Source: Burkholderiales bacterium (GTDB lineage: Bacteria > Pseudomonadota > Gammaproteobacteria > Burkholderiales > SHXO01). Taken from it: a DNA stretch of 64,000 nt. How positions within the stretch are numbered: the first letter of the stretch is position 1; each line of letters starts with the position of its first letter. The notes beneath the pieces were generated by a model, which saw nothing but the letters and a program-made list of their open reading frames with translations, made no database searches and was not told the DNA's origin. Where the stretch lies: contig DATJZQ010000013.1 in NCBI GenBank assembly GCA_035499005.1, positions 12,504-76,503 on the forward strand, in the 5' to 3' direction. Both the position numbers and the translations under genes were made by a program. This document shows positions 51,078-60,202 of the stretch, piece after piece.

Positions 51078-51764
51078 ATGCGCTCAGCACAGCGCCCCAA
51101 GAGCGCCGCTCGCCAGCGGTCGTCCCTCGGACGCGGCACCCAGCTCATCGTCGTGCGTCATGGCGAAACCGCGTGGAATGCAGAGGGGCGGATTCAGGGT
51201 CATCTGGACAGTCCGCTCAACGAGGAGGGGTTGGGGCAGGCTGTGCTGCTCGCCGACCGTCTCGCACGCCAGCGCTTTTCGCGGCTGTACAGCAGCGATC
51301 TCGGCCGCGCGCTGCAGACCGCGCAGCCGGTCTCCGATCACAGCGGACGCGCGGTGCATGCCGACATGCGGCTGCGCGAACGGAACCTGGGCATCTTTCA
51401 AGGGCACACCGGCGCGCAGTGCGAGCGGCGCTGGCCCAAGCACTACGCGGGCTTCCGTTCGCGCGATCCGGAGCACGTGATCCCCGCCGGCGAGAGCGGC
51501 AGGGAGCTCTACGAGAGGGTCGTCGACATCTTCACTACTCTGGCGCACGAGCACCCCGGCGAACGGTTGGTCGTCGTGACCCACGGAGGGGTGCTCGACG
51601 CTCTTTATCGCTTTGTGCGCGGCCTGCCGCTCGACCTGGCGCGCGACTTTCCGATCTACAACGCGAGCGTCAACGTGGTGCACTTCGACGGTGCAGGCTG
51701 GTCGATCGAGCGCTGGGGCGACATTTCGCACCTCACGCGCGACGCGGCGCTGGACGATTTCTGA
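51078..51764 (+). CDS. Histidine phosphatase family protein (GpmB/cobC-like)
   Basis: 228 aa. RHGETAWN catalytic motif, later VVTHGGV. Confidence 0.8.
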   Translation: MRSAQRPKSAARQRSSLGRGTQLIVVRHGETAWNAEGRIQGHLDSPLNEEGLGQAVLLADRLARQRFSRLYSSDLGRALQTAQPVSDHSGRAVHADMRLRERNLGIFQGHTGAQCERRWPKHYAGFRSRDPEHVIPAGESGRELYERVVDIFTTLAHEHPGERLVVVTHGGVLDALYRFVRGLPLDLARDFPIYNASVNVVHFDGAGWSIERWGDISHLTRDAALDDF

Positions 51765-52029
51765 GCGAGCCTAGGCCGGGCGCGGCTTTGAAAGCTTGTG
51801 GTCGGCCCAGTTCTCTGGCGCGTTACCGGGCAAGCTGCTATCGATGGAGGTGCCGCGCGACGCGGCCGTCCTGGCGCCGCAGCACCAGCAGCCGCTCTGC
51901 AGTTCGACTCCCCTCGCATTCCGTTCCCGGGCTCCGCCCGTCTCTCCCTAGAGCGTTCGTGCAGTCGTCGCGCCCGCCCGATCCGGCGGGCGGCTATGGC
52001 TTTTCAACGCATCGTGGAGAGACGATCCC

Positions 52030-52575
52030 ATGTTCAGATCGAATGTCGTCACGTGCGCCATTGCAGCCGCGCTTGCGGCTGCGTTGCCCGCGGCAGCGCA
52101 GACACCAAGCAACCAGGACCTCGAGGAAATCCGCCGGCAGATCCAGGAGCTGAAAGAGAGTTACGAATCACGCATCCAGGCTCTCGAAAAGCGGCTCAAA
52201 GAGGTCGATAGCAGACAGATCATCGCGGTCGCGATCCTGACCGCGGTCGTGCTTGTGGCCTGGTTCGGCTGGTCGAACAAGCTCGCGCACATCGGCTTCT
52301 ACCTGGTGTTCGGCCTGAGCGTGACGGCTTCGGGCCAGCTGGTGGGTGTGTATCTGGTCTTCGCCACTTTGATCATCCCGGCGCTCGCGACGCGCAACAC
52401 GAAACACTGGCGTCTGCCGAAAGCCTATGCCGTAGCGGCACTCGGATACGCGGTCGGGCTGGCGGCTTCGGTCTGGCTCGACCTGCCCTCCGGCGCCGTG
52501 GTCGTGTGGACGCTCGCCGCCGCCGGCATTGCCTTCTTCGCGCTCGAGGGCAGGCGTCCTGCCGCTCGCCTCTAG
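52030..52575 (+). CDS. Chimeric ORF: signal peptide + coiled coil joined to the C-terminal part of a ZnuB-like (ABC-3) metal permease; possible gene remnant
   Basis: Residues 1-60: signal peptide (AAALPAAAQ) and heptad-like DLEEIRRQIQELKESYESRIQALEKRLKE. Residues about 62-181 resemble the last 3-4 TM helices of ABC-3 permeases (VGVYLVFATLIIPALATR, SVWLDLPSGAVVV). No cognate ATPase or binding-protein gene nearby. Confidence 0.45.
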   Translation: MFRSNVVTCAIAAALAAALPAAAQTPSNQDLEEIRRQIQELKESYESRIQALEKRLKEVDSRQIIAVAILTAVVLVAWFGWSNKLAHIGFYLVFGLSVTASGQLVGVYLVFATLIIPALATRNTKHWRLPKAYAVAALGYAVGLAASVWLDLPSGAVVVWTLAAAGIAFFALEGRRPAARL

Positions 52576-52644
52576 AGCGCGCTCAAGCTCGTCGCGCGCA
52601 GGGCCGTTAAAGCTTGCTATGCCTGCCTCCCTGGGCTCGTTCGC

Positions 52645-53688
52645 ATGACACGCACCAGCGTTGCCTCGGCGCATCTGCTCTCGAACGCCTTGCCCCCCTC
52701 TCAGGAAGCCGCGGTTCTGTACGCGATCGGACGCGAAACCGACGCGGCTCAGTTCCTGCGCAGCATGCTCGATGCCGACGAGGCAGACGCGAGCAGCCCC
52801 GAGCTGTGGTACATGCTGTTCGACCTGCTGCGTGGGCGCGGAGAGTGGCGGCAGTTCGAGACGCTGGCGCCGCGCTTCGAGGCTAAGTTCGGAGTGCCGG
52901 CGCCAAAATGGCTGAACGACGAGGAGATGGCGCGTCTTCCAGCGGAAGCGCGTCCCGGGGGGCCTGGCTACTTCGAGCTGGCCGGCACGCTGGACGCGAG
53001 CTGCACGCCCGAGCTGCGGCGAGTACGCGCGGCCGCACGCGGTGTTGCCTGGGCGCACCTCGACGTGAGTCGACTCGGCGCGCTCGACGCCGCGGGCTGT
53101 CAAGAGCTGCTGGAGCTGGTGCAATTCCTGCCCAACAACGGCAGCGCAGTCGTGCTGACCGGCGCCGAGCATCTCGTCGATCTGCTGCGCGCGGCTGCCG
53201 CAAACAAGCCCCGAGTCCGGGTGTACTGGTCGCTGTTGTTCGAGATCTACCGCCTGCGCGGGCAGCAGCGGGACTTCGAGCGCGCAGCGCTGGAATTCGC
53301 GCTCGCGGCGGGCGTCTCGCCGCCGGTGTGGCAACCGATCATGATGCCGGTAGCGCCGACCAGCCCGCAGGAGAAGCGCGATGAACCGCGCTATCAGCCC
53401 GGTCCCGAAGCGTTCAATCTCACCGGTGTGCTTCGCGGCAGCGCCGATCCCCAGCTCGCGGAGCTGCAGGCCTTCGGCTCCCAGCGCCAGTATGTCAACA
53501 TCAACCTGGCTCAACTGCGCCGTATGGACTTCAGCGCAGGGACCGCGGCCGCGAACCTGCTCAACGCGATGGCGTGGAGCGACAAGACCGTGCGCTTGAT
53601 CCGGCCCAACAGTCTGGTGGCGGCGTTCCTGTCGACCCTCAGCCTCGACCCGGGCATCGAGCTCGTTTCGGTGCGGCGGCCTGGTTGA
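52645..53688 (+). CDS. Hypothetical protein, possible tandem STAS-like (anti-sigma antagonist fold) domains
   Basis: 347 aa with coding-like composition. Two segments resemble STAS-type units: GYFELAGTLDASCTPELRRV...LDVSRLGALDAAGCQELL and FNLTGVLRGSADPQLAEL...INLAQLRRMDFSAG. Product assignment is tentative. Confidence 0.55.
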   Translation: MTRTSVASAHLLSNALPPSQEAAVLYAIGRETDAAQFLRSMLDADEADASSPELWYMLFDLLRGRGEWRQFETLAPRFEAKFGVPAPKWLNDEEMARLPAEARPGGPGYFELAGTLDASCTPELRRVRAAARGVAWAHLDVSRLGALDAAGCQELLELVQFLPNNGSAVVLTGAEHLVDLLRAAAANKPRVRVYWSLLFEIYRLRGQQRDFERAALEFALAAGVSPPVWQPIMMPVAPTSPQEKRDEPRYQPGPEAFNLTGVLRGSADPQLAELQAFGSQRQYVNINLAQLRRMDFSAGTAAANLLNAMAWSDKTVRLIRPNSLVAAFLSTLSLDPGIELVSVRRPG

Positions 53689-53793
53689 GCCGTCAGCCGC
53701 CGGGCCAGAGCGGGTACTATTCGGGGCCTGGCCGCTTGAACCGGCCTCGATGGGCCCCATCTGCGCCTTAAAGAAGCTCTGGGCAAGTCTCGT

Positions 53794-54330
53794 ATGGACA
53801 CCTACCACGGCACGACCATCCTGAGCGTTCGCCGCGGACCGAACGTCGCCATCGGCGGCGACGGCCAGGTCACTCTCGGCAGTGTGGTGATCAAGCAGAG
53901 CGCGCGCAAGGTGCGGCGTCTCTACCACGACAAGATCCTGGCCGGCTTTGCCGGCGGCACCGCCGACGCGTTTACCCTGTTCGAGCGCTTCGAAGCAAAG
54001 CTCGAAAAACACCAGGGTCATCTGCTGCGTTCTGCGGTCGAGCTCGCAAAAGACTGGCGTACCGACCGCATCCTGCGCCGCCTGGAAGCGATGTTGGCGG
54101 TGGCCGATCACGAAACCTCCCTCGTGCTCACCGGCAACGGCGACGTGCTGGAGCCTGAGCAGGGACTTGTCGCCATCGGCAGCGGCGGACCCTATGCGCA
54201 GGCGGCCGCCAAGGCTTTACTGGAAAATACCGAGCTCGCGCCGGCCCAGATCGTGAAGAAGGCGCTCGCGATCGCCGGCGATCTGTGCATCTATACCAAC
54301 CAGCAGCACGTGATCGAAGTGCTGGAGTGA
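53794..54330 (+). CDS. hslV: ATP-dependent protease subunit HslV
   Basis: 178 aa. [31 protein letters not shown]. Confidence 0.95.
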   Translation: MDTYHGTTILSVRRGPNVAIGGDGQVTLGSVVIKQSARKVRRLYHDKILAGFAGGTADAFTLFERFEAKLEKHQGHLLRSAVELAKDWRTDRILRRLEAMLAVADHETSLVLTGNGDVLEPEQGLVAIGSGGPYAQAAAKALLENTELAPAQIVKKALAIAGDLCIYTNQQHVIEVLE

Positions 54331-54340
54331 GCTCGCCTCC

Positions 54341-55669
54341 ATGTACATGACCCCGCAAGAGATCGTCCACGAGCTCGACAAGCACATCGTAGGGCAGGAC
54401 CGGGCCAAGCGCGCTGTTGCCATCGCGCTGCGCAATCGCTGGCGCAGGCAGCAGGTGGCCGAGCCGCTGCGCCAGGAGATCACCCCCAAGAACATCCTCA
54501 TGATCGGACCCACGGGCGTTGGCAAGACCGAGATCGCGCGGCGCCTCTCCAGGCTGGCCGACGCTCCGTTCATCAAAGTCGAGGCCACCAAGTTCACCGA
54601 GGTGGGTTACGTCGGCCGGGATGTAGACACCATCGTGCGCGACCTGGTGGAGAGCGCCATCAAACAAGTGCGCGAGCAGGAGACGCGCAAGGTGCAATCG
54701 CGCGCCGTCGATCTGGCGGAAGAGCGCGTTCTCGACGCGCTGCTGCCGCCGGCGCGCAGCGTCGGCTTCGGCTCGCCGGGCGAGGAGCAGGAGAGCAGCA
54801 CGCGCCAGAAGTTCCGCAAGAAACTGCGCGAGAGCGAGCTCGACGACAAAGAAATCGAAATCGAGGTCGCGGCGGCGCAGCCGCACATGGAGATCCTCGC
54901 CCCGCCCGGGATGGAAGAGCTCACGACCCAGATCCAAGGCATGTTCCAGAACCTGGGTGGGGGGCGCCGTCGGGTACGCAAGCTCAAAGTGGCGGACGCC
55001 ATGAAGCTGCTCACCGACGAAGAGGCGGCCAAACTCATCAACGACGAGGACTTGAAGTCGCGCGCACTGCGCAACGTGGAGCAGAACGGCATCGTGTTCA
55101 TCGATGAGATGGACAAGATCGCGAGCCGCTCCGAGGTGGCCGGCGCCGACGTGTCGCGCCAGGGCGTGCAACGCGATCTGTTGCCGCTGGTGGAGGGCAC
55201 GACGGTGTCCACGAAGTATGGAATGGTGAAGACCGACCACATCCTGTTCATCGGCAGCGGCGCCTTTCACTTCGCCAAGCCTTCCGACCTGATCCCGGAA
55301 CTGCAGGGTCGCTTCCCCATTCGCGTCGAGCTCGATTCTCTGTCGGTCTCGGACTTCGAGCAGATTCTCACGAGCACGCACGCGTGCCTCACGGCGCAGT
55401 ACCAGGCATTGCTCGCCACCGAAGGCGTCATGCTCGAATTCCGGGCTGATGCGATCAAACGACTGGCGGAGATCGCCTGGCAGGTGAACGAGAAGACGGA
55501 GAACATCGGAGCGCGCCGCCTGTACACGGTGATGGAGAAGCTGCTGGAGGACGTATCCTTCGAAGCGGGCAGGTCGAGCGGCCAAACGGTCGTGATCGAC
55601 GCCGCTTACGTGGACGGGCGCCTCAAGGACCTGTCGCAAAGCGAGGACCTCGCTCGCTACGTGCTGTGA
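54341..55669 (+). CDS. hslU: ATP-dependent protease ATPase subunit HslU
   Basis: 442 aa. [33 protein letters not shown], Walker [25 protein letters not shown]. Confidence 0.95.
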   Translation: MYMTPQEIVHELDKHIVGQDRAKRAVAIALRNRWRRQQVAEPLRQEITPKNILMIGPTGVGKTEIARRLSRLADAPFIKVEATKFTEVGYVGRDVDTIVRDLVESAIKQVREQETRKVQSRAVDLAEERVLDALLPPARSVGFGSPGEEQESSTRQKFRKKLRESELDDKEIEIEVAAAQPHMEILAPPGMEELTTQIQGMFQNLGGGRRRVRKLKVADAMKLLTDEEAAKLINDEDLKSRALRNVEQNGIVFIDEMDKIASRSEVAGADVSRQGVQRDLLPLVEGTTVSTKYGMVKTDHILFIGSGAFHFAKPSDLIPELQGRFPIRVELDSLSVSDFEQILTSTHACLTAQYQALLATEGVMLEFRADAIKRLAEIAWQVNEKTENIGARRLYTVMEKLLEDVSFEAGRSSGQTVVIDAAYVDGRLKDLSQSEDLARYVL

Positions 55670-55739
55670 AGCGCGTTGCAGCGCTACAATCGCGTGCGGT
55701 CGGCGCGGCCAAATAACAATACCAATACTTCTGCCCAGC

Positions 55740-58298
55740 ATGGAAAGCCGCACGACGTTCAGCCTGGAGGTGAATCCCCGCATCCCGCGCCGCCTGGCGC
55801 GCCTCGAGGAGCTCGCTTCCAACCTGTGGTATAGCTGGGACCGTCCTGCTCGCACGCTGTTCTCGCGTCTGCACACTGGGCTGTGGGACGCGGTCGGGCA
55901 CAATCCCAAAGCGTTCCTCAAACGCGTCGACGAACAAAAGCTGCTCGACGCGGCCGACGACCCGGTGTTCCTCGGCAACTTCAACCGCGTCCTGTCGAAC
56001 TACGACACCTATCACAACGAGCCGCTGCGCCGCAACGGCTCGGAATGGCTGCGCTCCTCGGACCTGGTGGCGTACTTCTGCGCCGAGTTCGGCTTCCATG
56101 AGAGCTTTCCGATCTATTCCGGCGGCCTCGGCATCCTCGCCGGGGACCACTGCAAGGCCGCGAGCGACATGCGCCTGCCATTCATCGGCGTGGGGCTGCT
56201 CTACCGCCAGGGCTACTTCTCCCAGAGCATCGACGCCGAGGGCAACCAGCACGCCGAATACACTGACTCTGAATTCGAGAGCCTTCCAGTCACGCCGGTG
56301 CTGCGGCCCGACGGCAGCGAGCTGCACGTGCGCGTCGACCTGCCTGGCCGGCAGGTGAGCTGCAAGGTGTGGCACGCGCGCTGCGGGCACGTCGGCCTGT
56401 ATCTGCTCGACACCGATCTGCCGGAGAACGACGAGCACGCACGCGACATCACGCATCAGCTGTACGGGGGCGACCGGCTCACGCGCATCGAGCAGGAGAT
56501 CGTGCTCGGGGTGGGCGGAGTGCGAGCGCTCGAGGCGCTGGAGCTCAAGCCTACCGTGTGGCACATCAACGAGGGGCACGCCGCCTTCCAGGTGCTCGAG
56601 CGCATGCGCGCGCTGGTCAGGCAGGGGCTGGACTATGCAGCGGCGCTCGAGGCGGTGGCTGCCAACACGGTCTTCACCACGCACACGCCGGTCCCGGCGG
56701 GTCACGACCACTTCGGCGAAGACCTGATGTGGAGCCACTTCGAATCGTTTTGCCAGGAGTTGAAGCTCGGCCGCGAAGAGTTCCTCCGCTTGGGCCAGGT
56801 CAACGACAGCCGCGAGTTCAACATGACGGCACTCGCCATCCGCGGATCCCGCTTCCAGAACGGCGTGAGCCGCATCCACGGCGAAGTGTCGTCGCACATC
56901 TGCGCACCTTTGTGGCCGCAGGTCGATCCGCCCGAAAACGGCATCGGCTACATCACCAACGGTGTGCACGTGCCGACCTTTCTGGCGCAGGAGTGGGTCG
57001 AGCTGTTCGAGAAGTATCTCGGCTTCGACTGGTCGCAGCGGCTGACCGACGCCGGTTTCTGGCAGCGCATCGACGAGGTCCCCGACCATCTGTTCTGGAG
57101 CGTGCGCCAGTCGCTCAAGTCGCAGATGCTGCACCTCGTGCGCCACCGCTTTGCGCGCCAGCACTTCCGCAACGGCGGCTCGCAGGCGCACCTGGATCGG
57201 CTGCTCAAGTACGCCGATCCGGTGAACCCGAACGTGCTCACGATCGGTTTCGCGCGCCGCTTTGCCACGTACAAACGGGCCACGCTGCTGTTCCAGGATC
57301 TCGCCTGGCTGCGCGAGATCATCTGCGACGAGCAGCGGCCGGTGATGCTGCTGTTCGCCGGCAAGGCGCATCCGGCGGACATTCCCGGGCAACAGCTCAT
57401 CCGGCGCGTGGTAGAGGTCGCGCGCATGCCCGAGTTCGAGGGGCGCATCCTGATGGTGGAGGACTACGACCTGCGCCTCGCCCGCCGGCTCGTGTCCGGC
57501 GTCGACGTGTGGCTGAACAACCCGGTGTATCCGCTGGAAGCGAGCGGCACTTCGGGCATGAAAGCAGGCATCAACGGTGTGCTCAACCTGTCGGTGCTGG
57601 ACGGCTGGTGGGACGAGGGCTACGACGGCCGCAACGGCTGGGCCATCAAGCCGGTCGGCGAGAACATGGACGAAGCGAGGCGCGACCACGACGAAGCCAG
57701 AACCCTGTACGAGCTGCTGCAGGACCAGGTGAGCCCGCTGTTCTACAAGCGCGGCGACATGGGTTACTCGGCGGAGTGGGTAGCCGTGGCGAAGCACTCC
57801 ATCGCCAGCCTGCTGCCGCGCTTCAGCTCCTCGCGCATGGTGAGCGAATATCTGGCCAAGTTCTATCTACCCGCCTCGCGCCAGGGGCGGCGCTACGCCG
57901 AAAGCGGCTACGAGAACGCCCGCAAGCTCGCGCTGTGGAAGTCAGACGTGCGGCGCAGCTGGCCCGAGCTACGCGTGCAGCGTCTGGACGCGCCCGGCAA
58001 GAACATCGCCTTCGGCGAGGGCATGAAAGTCGAGCTTGGCGTGCATCTGAGCGGCATGAAGCCCGACGATGTCGTGGTCGAGCTGCTGATCGGACGCCAG
58101 CGGGAGCAGGCCAAGCTGCGCGACGCACGCCATTACCGCTTCGAGTGGGAAGGCGTGACCACTGACCAGGGGGAGCACCGCTTCGTGCTGCAGGTGACGC
58201 CGGAGATGTGCGGCAAGTTGCAGTACCGAATACGCGTCTATCCCTATCACGAGCTGCTCACCCATCCGTTCGAGATGGGCATGATGCGCTGGCTTTAG
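55740..58298 (+). CDS. Alpha-glucan phosphorylase family protein (GT35, GlgP-like)
   Basis: 852 aa. YFCAEFGFHESFPIYSGGLGILAGDH, PLP-lysine region EASGTSGMKAGINGVLNLSVLDGWW. Confidence 0.9.
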   Translation: MESRTTFSLEVNPRIPRRLARLEELASNLWYSWDRPARTLFSRLHTGLWDAVGHNPKAFLKRVDEQKLLDAADDPVFLGNFNRVLSNYDTYHNEPLRRNGSEWLRSSDLVAYFCAEFGFHESFPIYSGGLGILAGDHCKAASDMRLPFIGVGLLYRQGYFSQSIDAEGNQHAEYTDSEFESLPVTPVLRPDGSELHVRVDLPGRQVSCKVWHARCGHVGLYLLDTDLPENDEHARDITHQLYGGDRLTRIEQEIVLGVGGVRALEALELKPTVWHINEGHAAFQVLERMRALVRQGLDYAAALEAVAANTVFTTHTPVPAGHDHFGEDLMWSHFESFCQELKLGREEFLRLGQVNDSREFNMTALAIRGSRFQNGVSRIHGEVSSHICAPLWPQVDPPENGIGYITNGVHVPTFLAQEWVELFEKYLGFDWSQRLTDAGFWQRIDEVPDHLFWSVRQSLKSQMLHLVRHRFARQHFRNGGSQAHLDRLLKYADPVNPNVLTIGFARRFATYKRATLLFQDLAWLREIICDEQRPVMLLFAGKAHPADIPGQQLIRRVVEVARMPEFEGRILMVEDYDLRLARRLVSGVDVWLNNPVYPLEASGTSGMKAGINGVLNLSVLDGWWDEGYDGRNGWAIKPVGENMDEARRDHDEARTLYELLQDQVSPLFYKRGDMGYSAEWVAVAKHSIASLLPRFSSSRMVSEYLAKFYLPASRQGRRYAESGYENARKLALWKSDVRRSWPELRVQRLDAPGKNIAFGEGMKVELGVHLSGMKPDDVVVELLIGRQREQAKLRDARHYRFEWEGVTTDQGEHRFVLQVTPEMCGKLQYRIRVYPYHELLTHPFEMGMMRWL

Positions 58299-58396
58299 CG
58301 GTTTGCACTGCCGTTCGCGCGGTGCATTGTTTCGTTATGTATCCGACAAGTTCGGAAGCCGTAAGCTCGCGCGTGGTACAGTCGAGTTGACACGCC

Positions 58397-59593
58397 ATGG
58401 TGCGCCTGCCTGATATGGTTTGCCTCCCCGCCTCGCTTCGCTCCCTCGCTGCCTGTCTCGCGCTGTGCGTGTTGTCCGCGTGTCACGTGACGGCGCGCAC
58501 GGCGAACGCCGCCGAGGCCGGGAGTGGAGCCTGCAACGAGGGTATTCCGGAGCTGTTCAAGCGAGTGTCTCCGGCCGTCGTGATGATCACCGGGCAGTCG
58601 ATCAACCCCTACCGGCTGCAGGGGCGCGTCACGCGCGTGCTCGGCTCGGGGTTCGTGATCGACGCCAACGGCCTCATCCTCACCAATTCGCACGTGGTGT
58701 TCGGGCTGCAGTCGCTGACCGTGACGCTGGACGACGGCGCCATCGTTCCGGCCAAGCTGGTCGGCGCGGATCCGATCTTCGATCTGGCGGTCATCCAGAT
58801 CACCAAGACGCACGGCGTGCCGCTGCCGACAGCAAAGCTGGGCAACTCCGACAACCTGCGTCCGGGGGAGGAGGTGATTGCGATCGGCAACCCGCTCGGG
58901 CTCGACCAGACCGTCACGCGTGGCATCGTGAGCGGGATCAACCGCCTGCTGCCCGAGACACCGCTGTCGCTTACCGAGCCTCTGATTCAGACCGACACGC
59001 CGATCAACCCCGGCAACTCGGGCGGGCCGTTGCTCAACCGCTGCGGCGAGGTGATCGGGATCAATACCGCGATCGTCGCGGAAGCGCAGAACATCGGATT
59101 TTCCGTCCCGATCAATCTCGCCAAGGATGTCCTACCGGCGCTGCTGAAGGACGGGCGTGTGATCCGGCCCTGGATCGGCTTTCACGGTCAGCTGATCGGG
59201 TCCGACCTGCGCAAGCTGCTTCAAGTGCCCCTGGTGGACGGCCTGCTGGTGGAAGTGGTGGAGCCTGGCAGCCCGGCGGAGAAAGCGGGGATTCGCGGCG
59301 GAATGATGGAGCTGTCGATCGGCGGCGCGTCCATGCTGCTCGGCGGAGACATCGTGGTCAACTTGAACGGCGCGCCGGTGAATCAGCCCGACAAACTGAG
59401 CGGCATCATGCGCGCGCTCAAGGTCGGCAGCCAGCTCAAGGTAAAGCTGTTCCGCGACGGCAAGTACCTCGAGGTCGAATACACCCTGCCCGAGCGTCCG
59501 CTCTTGCCCGGCGACCTGCCGGAGACCGGGACGTTCGCGCCGCCCACGCCTCCCGAAGGCAGGTCCGACATCTCGCGCCGGATGCGCCGGTGA
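58397..59593 (+). CDS. S1C (DegP/HtrA-like) serine protease with PDZ domain, probable lipoprotein
   Basis: 398 aa. Lipobox LSAC, catalytic triad contexts TNSHVV / DLAV / GNSGGPL, C-terminal PDZ-like segment. Confidence 0.85.
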   Translation: MVRLPDMVCLPASLRSLAACLALCVLSACHVTARTANAAEAGSGACNEGIPELFKRVSPAVVMITGQSINPYRLQGRVTRVLGSGFVIDANGLILTNSHVVFGLQSLTVTLDDGAIVPAKLVGADPIFDLAVIQITKTHGVPLPTAKLGNSDNLRPGEEVIAIGNPLGLDQTVTRGIVSGINRLLPETPLSLTEPLIQTDTPINPGNSGGPLLNRCGEVIGINTAIVAEAQNIGFSVPINLAKDVLPALLKDGRVIRPWIGFHGQLIGSDLRKLLQVPLVDGLLVEVVEPGSPAEKAGIRGGMMELSIGGASMLLGGDIVVNLNGAPVNQPDKLSGIMRALKVGSQLKVKLFRDGKYLEVEYTLPERPLLPGDLPETGTFAPPTPPEGRSDISRRMRR

Positions 59594-60195
59594 TCTACAC
59601 CGAGTCCGTCGCCGACGCGCTTGCCGAGGGCGGCTGGGCGACGGTCACGGATTTTCTTCCCGCTTCCGTCTGGTGTGCGTTGGCGGCGGAGGTGCGTGCC
59701 GCGCACGCGGCCGGCCGCTTACGGCCCGCCGGCGTCGGCCGAGGCGAGCGCTATCGTCTCGCCGATGACGTGCGCGGAGACCAGATCCGATGGCTCGACG
59801 CGATGCCTGCGAGTACGGCGCAGCGCGAAGTGCTGTTGCGGCTGGATCAGCTCCGTGCGACGGTGAATCGCGAGCTGCAACTCGGGCTGCTCGACTTCGA
59901 GGGTCACTTTGCGCTCTACCCGCCGGGCACGGCGTATCGCAGACATTGCGACCAGCACCGCGGCTCGCAGGCTCGTGTGCTGTCCTGCGTCGTGTATCTG
60001 AACGCGGACTGGAAAACCGAGCATGGCGGTGTGCTGCGCTTGTATCTCGACCAGGAAGGCGACGGGGATCAGCGCGACGTGCTGCCCGAGGGCGGCAAGC
60101 TCGTGTGCTTTCTGAGCGGGCGCTTCTGGCACGAAGTGCTGCCGGCCGCGCGCGAGCGGCTGAGCCTGACAGGCTGGTTCCGGCGGGGCGGCTAG
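59590..60195 (+). CDS. 2OG-Fe(II) oxygenase (prolyl 4-hydroxylase-like)
   Basis: Within track ORF 58420-60195. GTG 59590-59592 overlaps the protease stop (GTGA). HxD in RRHCDQH, distal His in FWHEV, Arg in RLSLTGWF. Confidence 0.7.
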   Translation: MIYTESVADALAEGGWATVTDFLPASVWCALAAEVRAAHAAGRLRPAGVGRGERYRLADDVRGDQIRWLDAMPASTAQREVLLRLDQLRATVNRELQLGLLDFEGHFALYPPGTAYRRHCDQHRGSQARVLSCVVYLNADWKTEHGGVLRLYLDQEGDGDQRDVLPEGGKLVCFLSGRFWHEVLPAARERLSLTGWFRRGG

Positions 60196-60202
60196 GCGCG
60201 GG

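Noticed and set aside
52168-54111. 647-aa minus-strand ORF spanning the chimeric ORF, the STAS-like gene and the start of hslV.
   Set aside because: It overlaps the unambiguous hslV gene in antisense, has low-complexity Arg/Ala/Gln-rich composition, and matches no family. I treat it as a shadow ORF.
55623-57797. 724-aa minus-strand ORF opposite the alpha-glucan phosphorylase gene. The same applies to plus-strand ORFs 9732-11279, 13766-15370, 15141-16679 and 21133-22527, which lie opposite ubiD, the hyf-like genes and recG.
   Set aside because: All lie antisense to genes with strong family signatures and have the Arg/His/Gln-rich, motif-free composition of GC-rich antisense frames.
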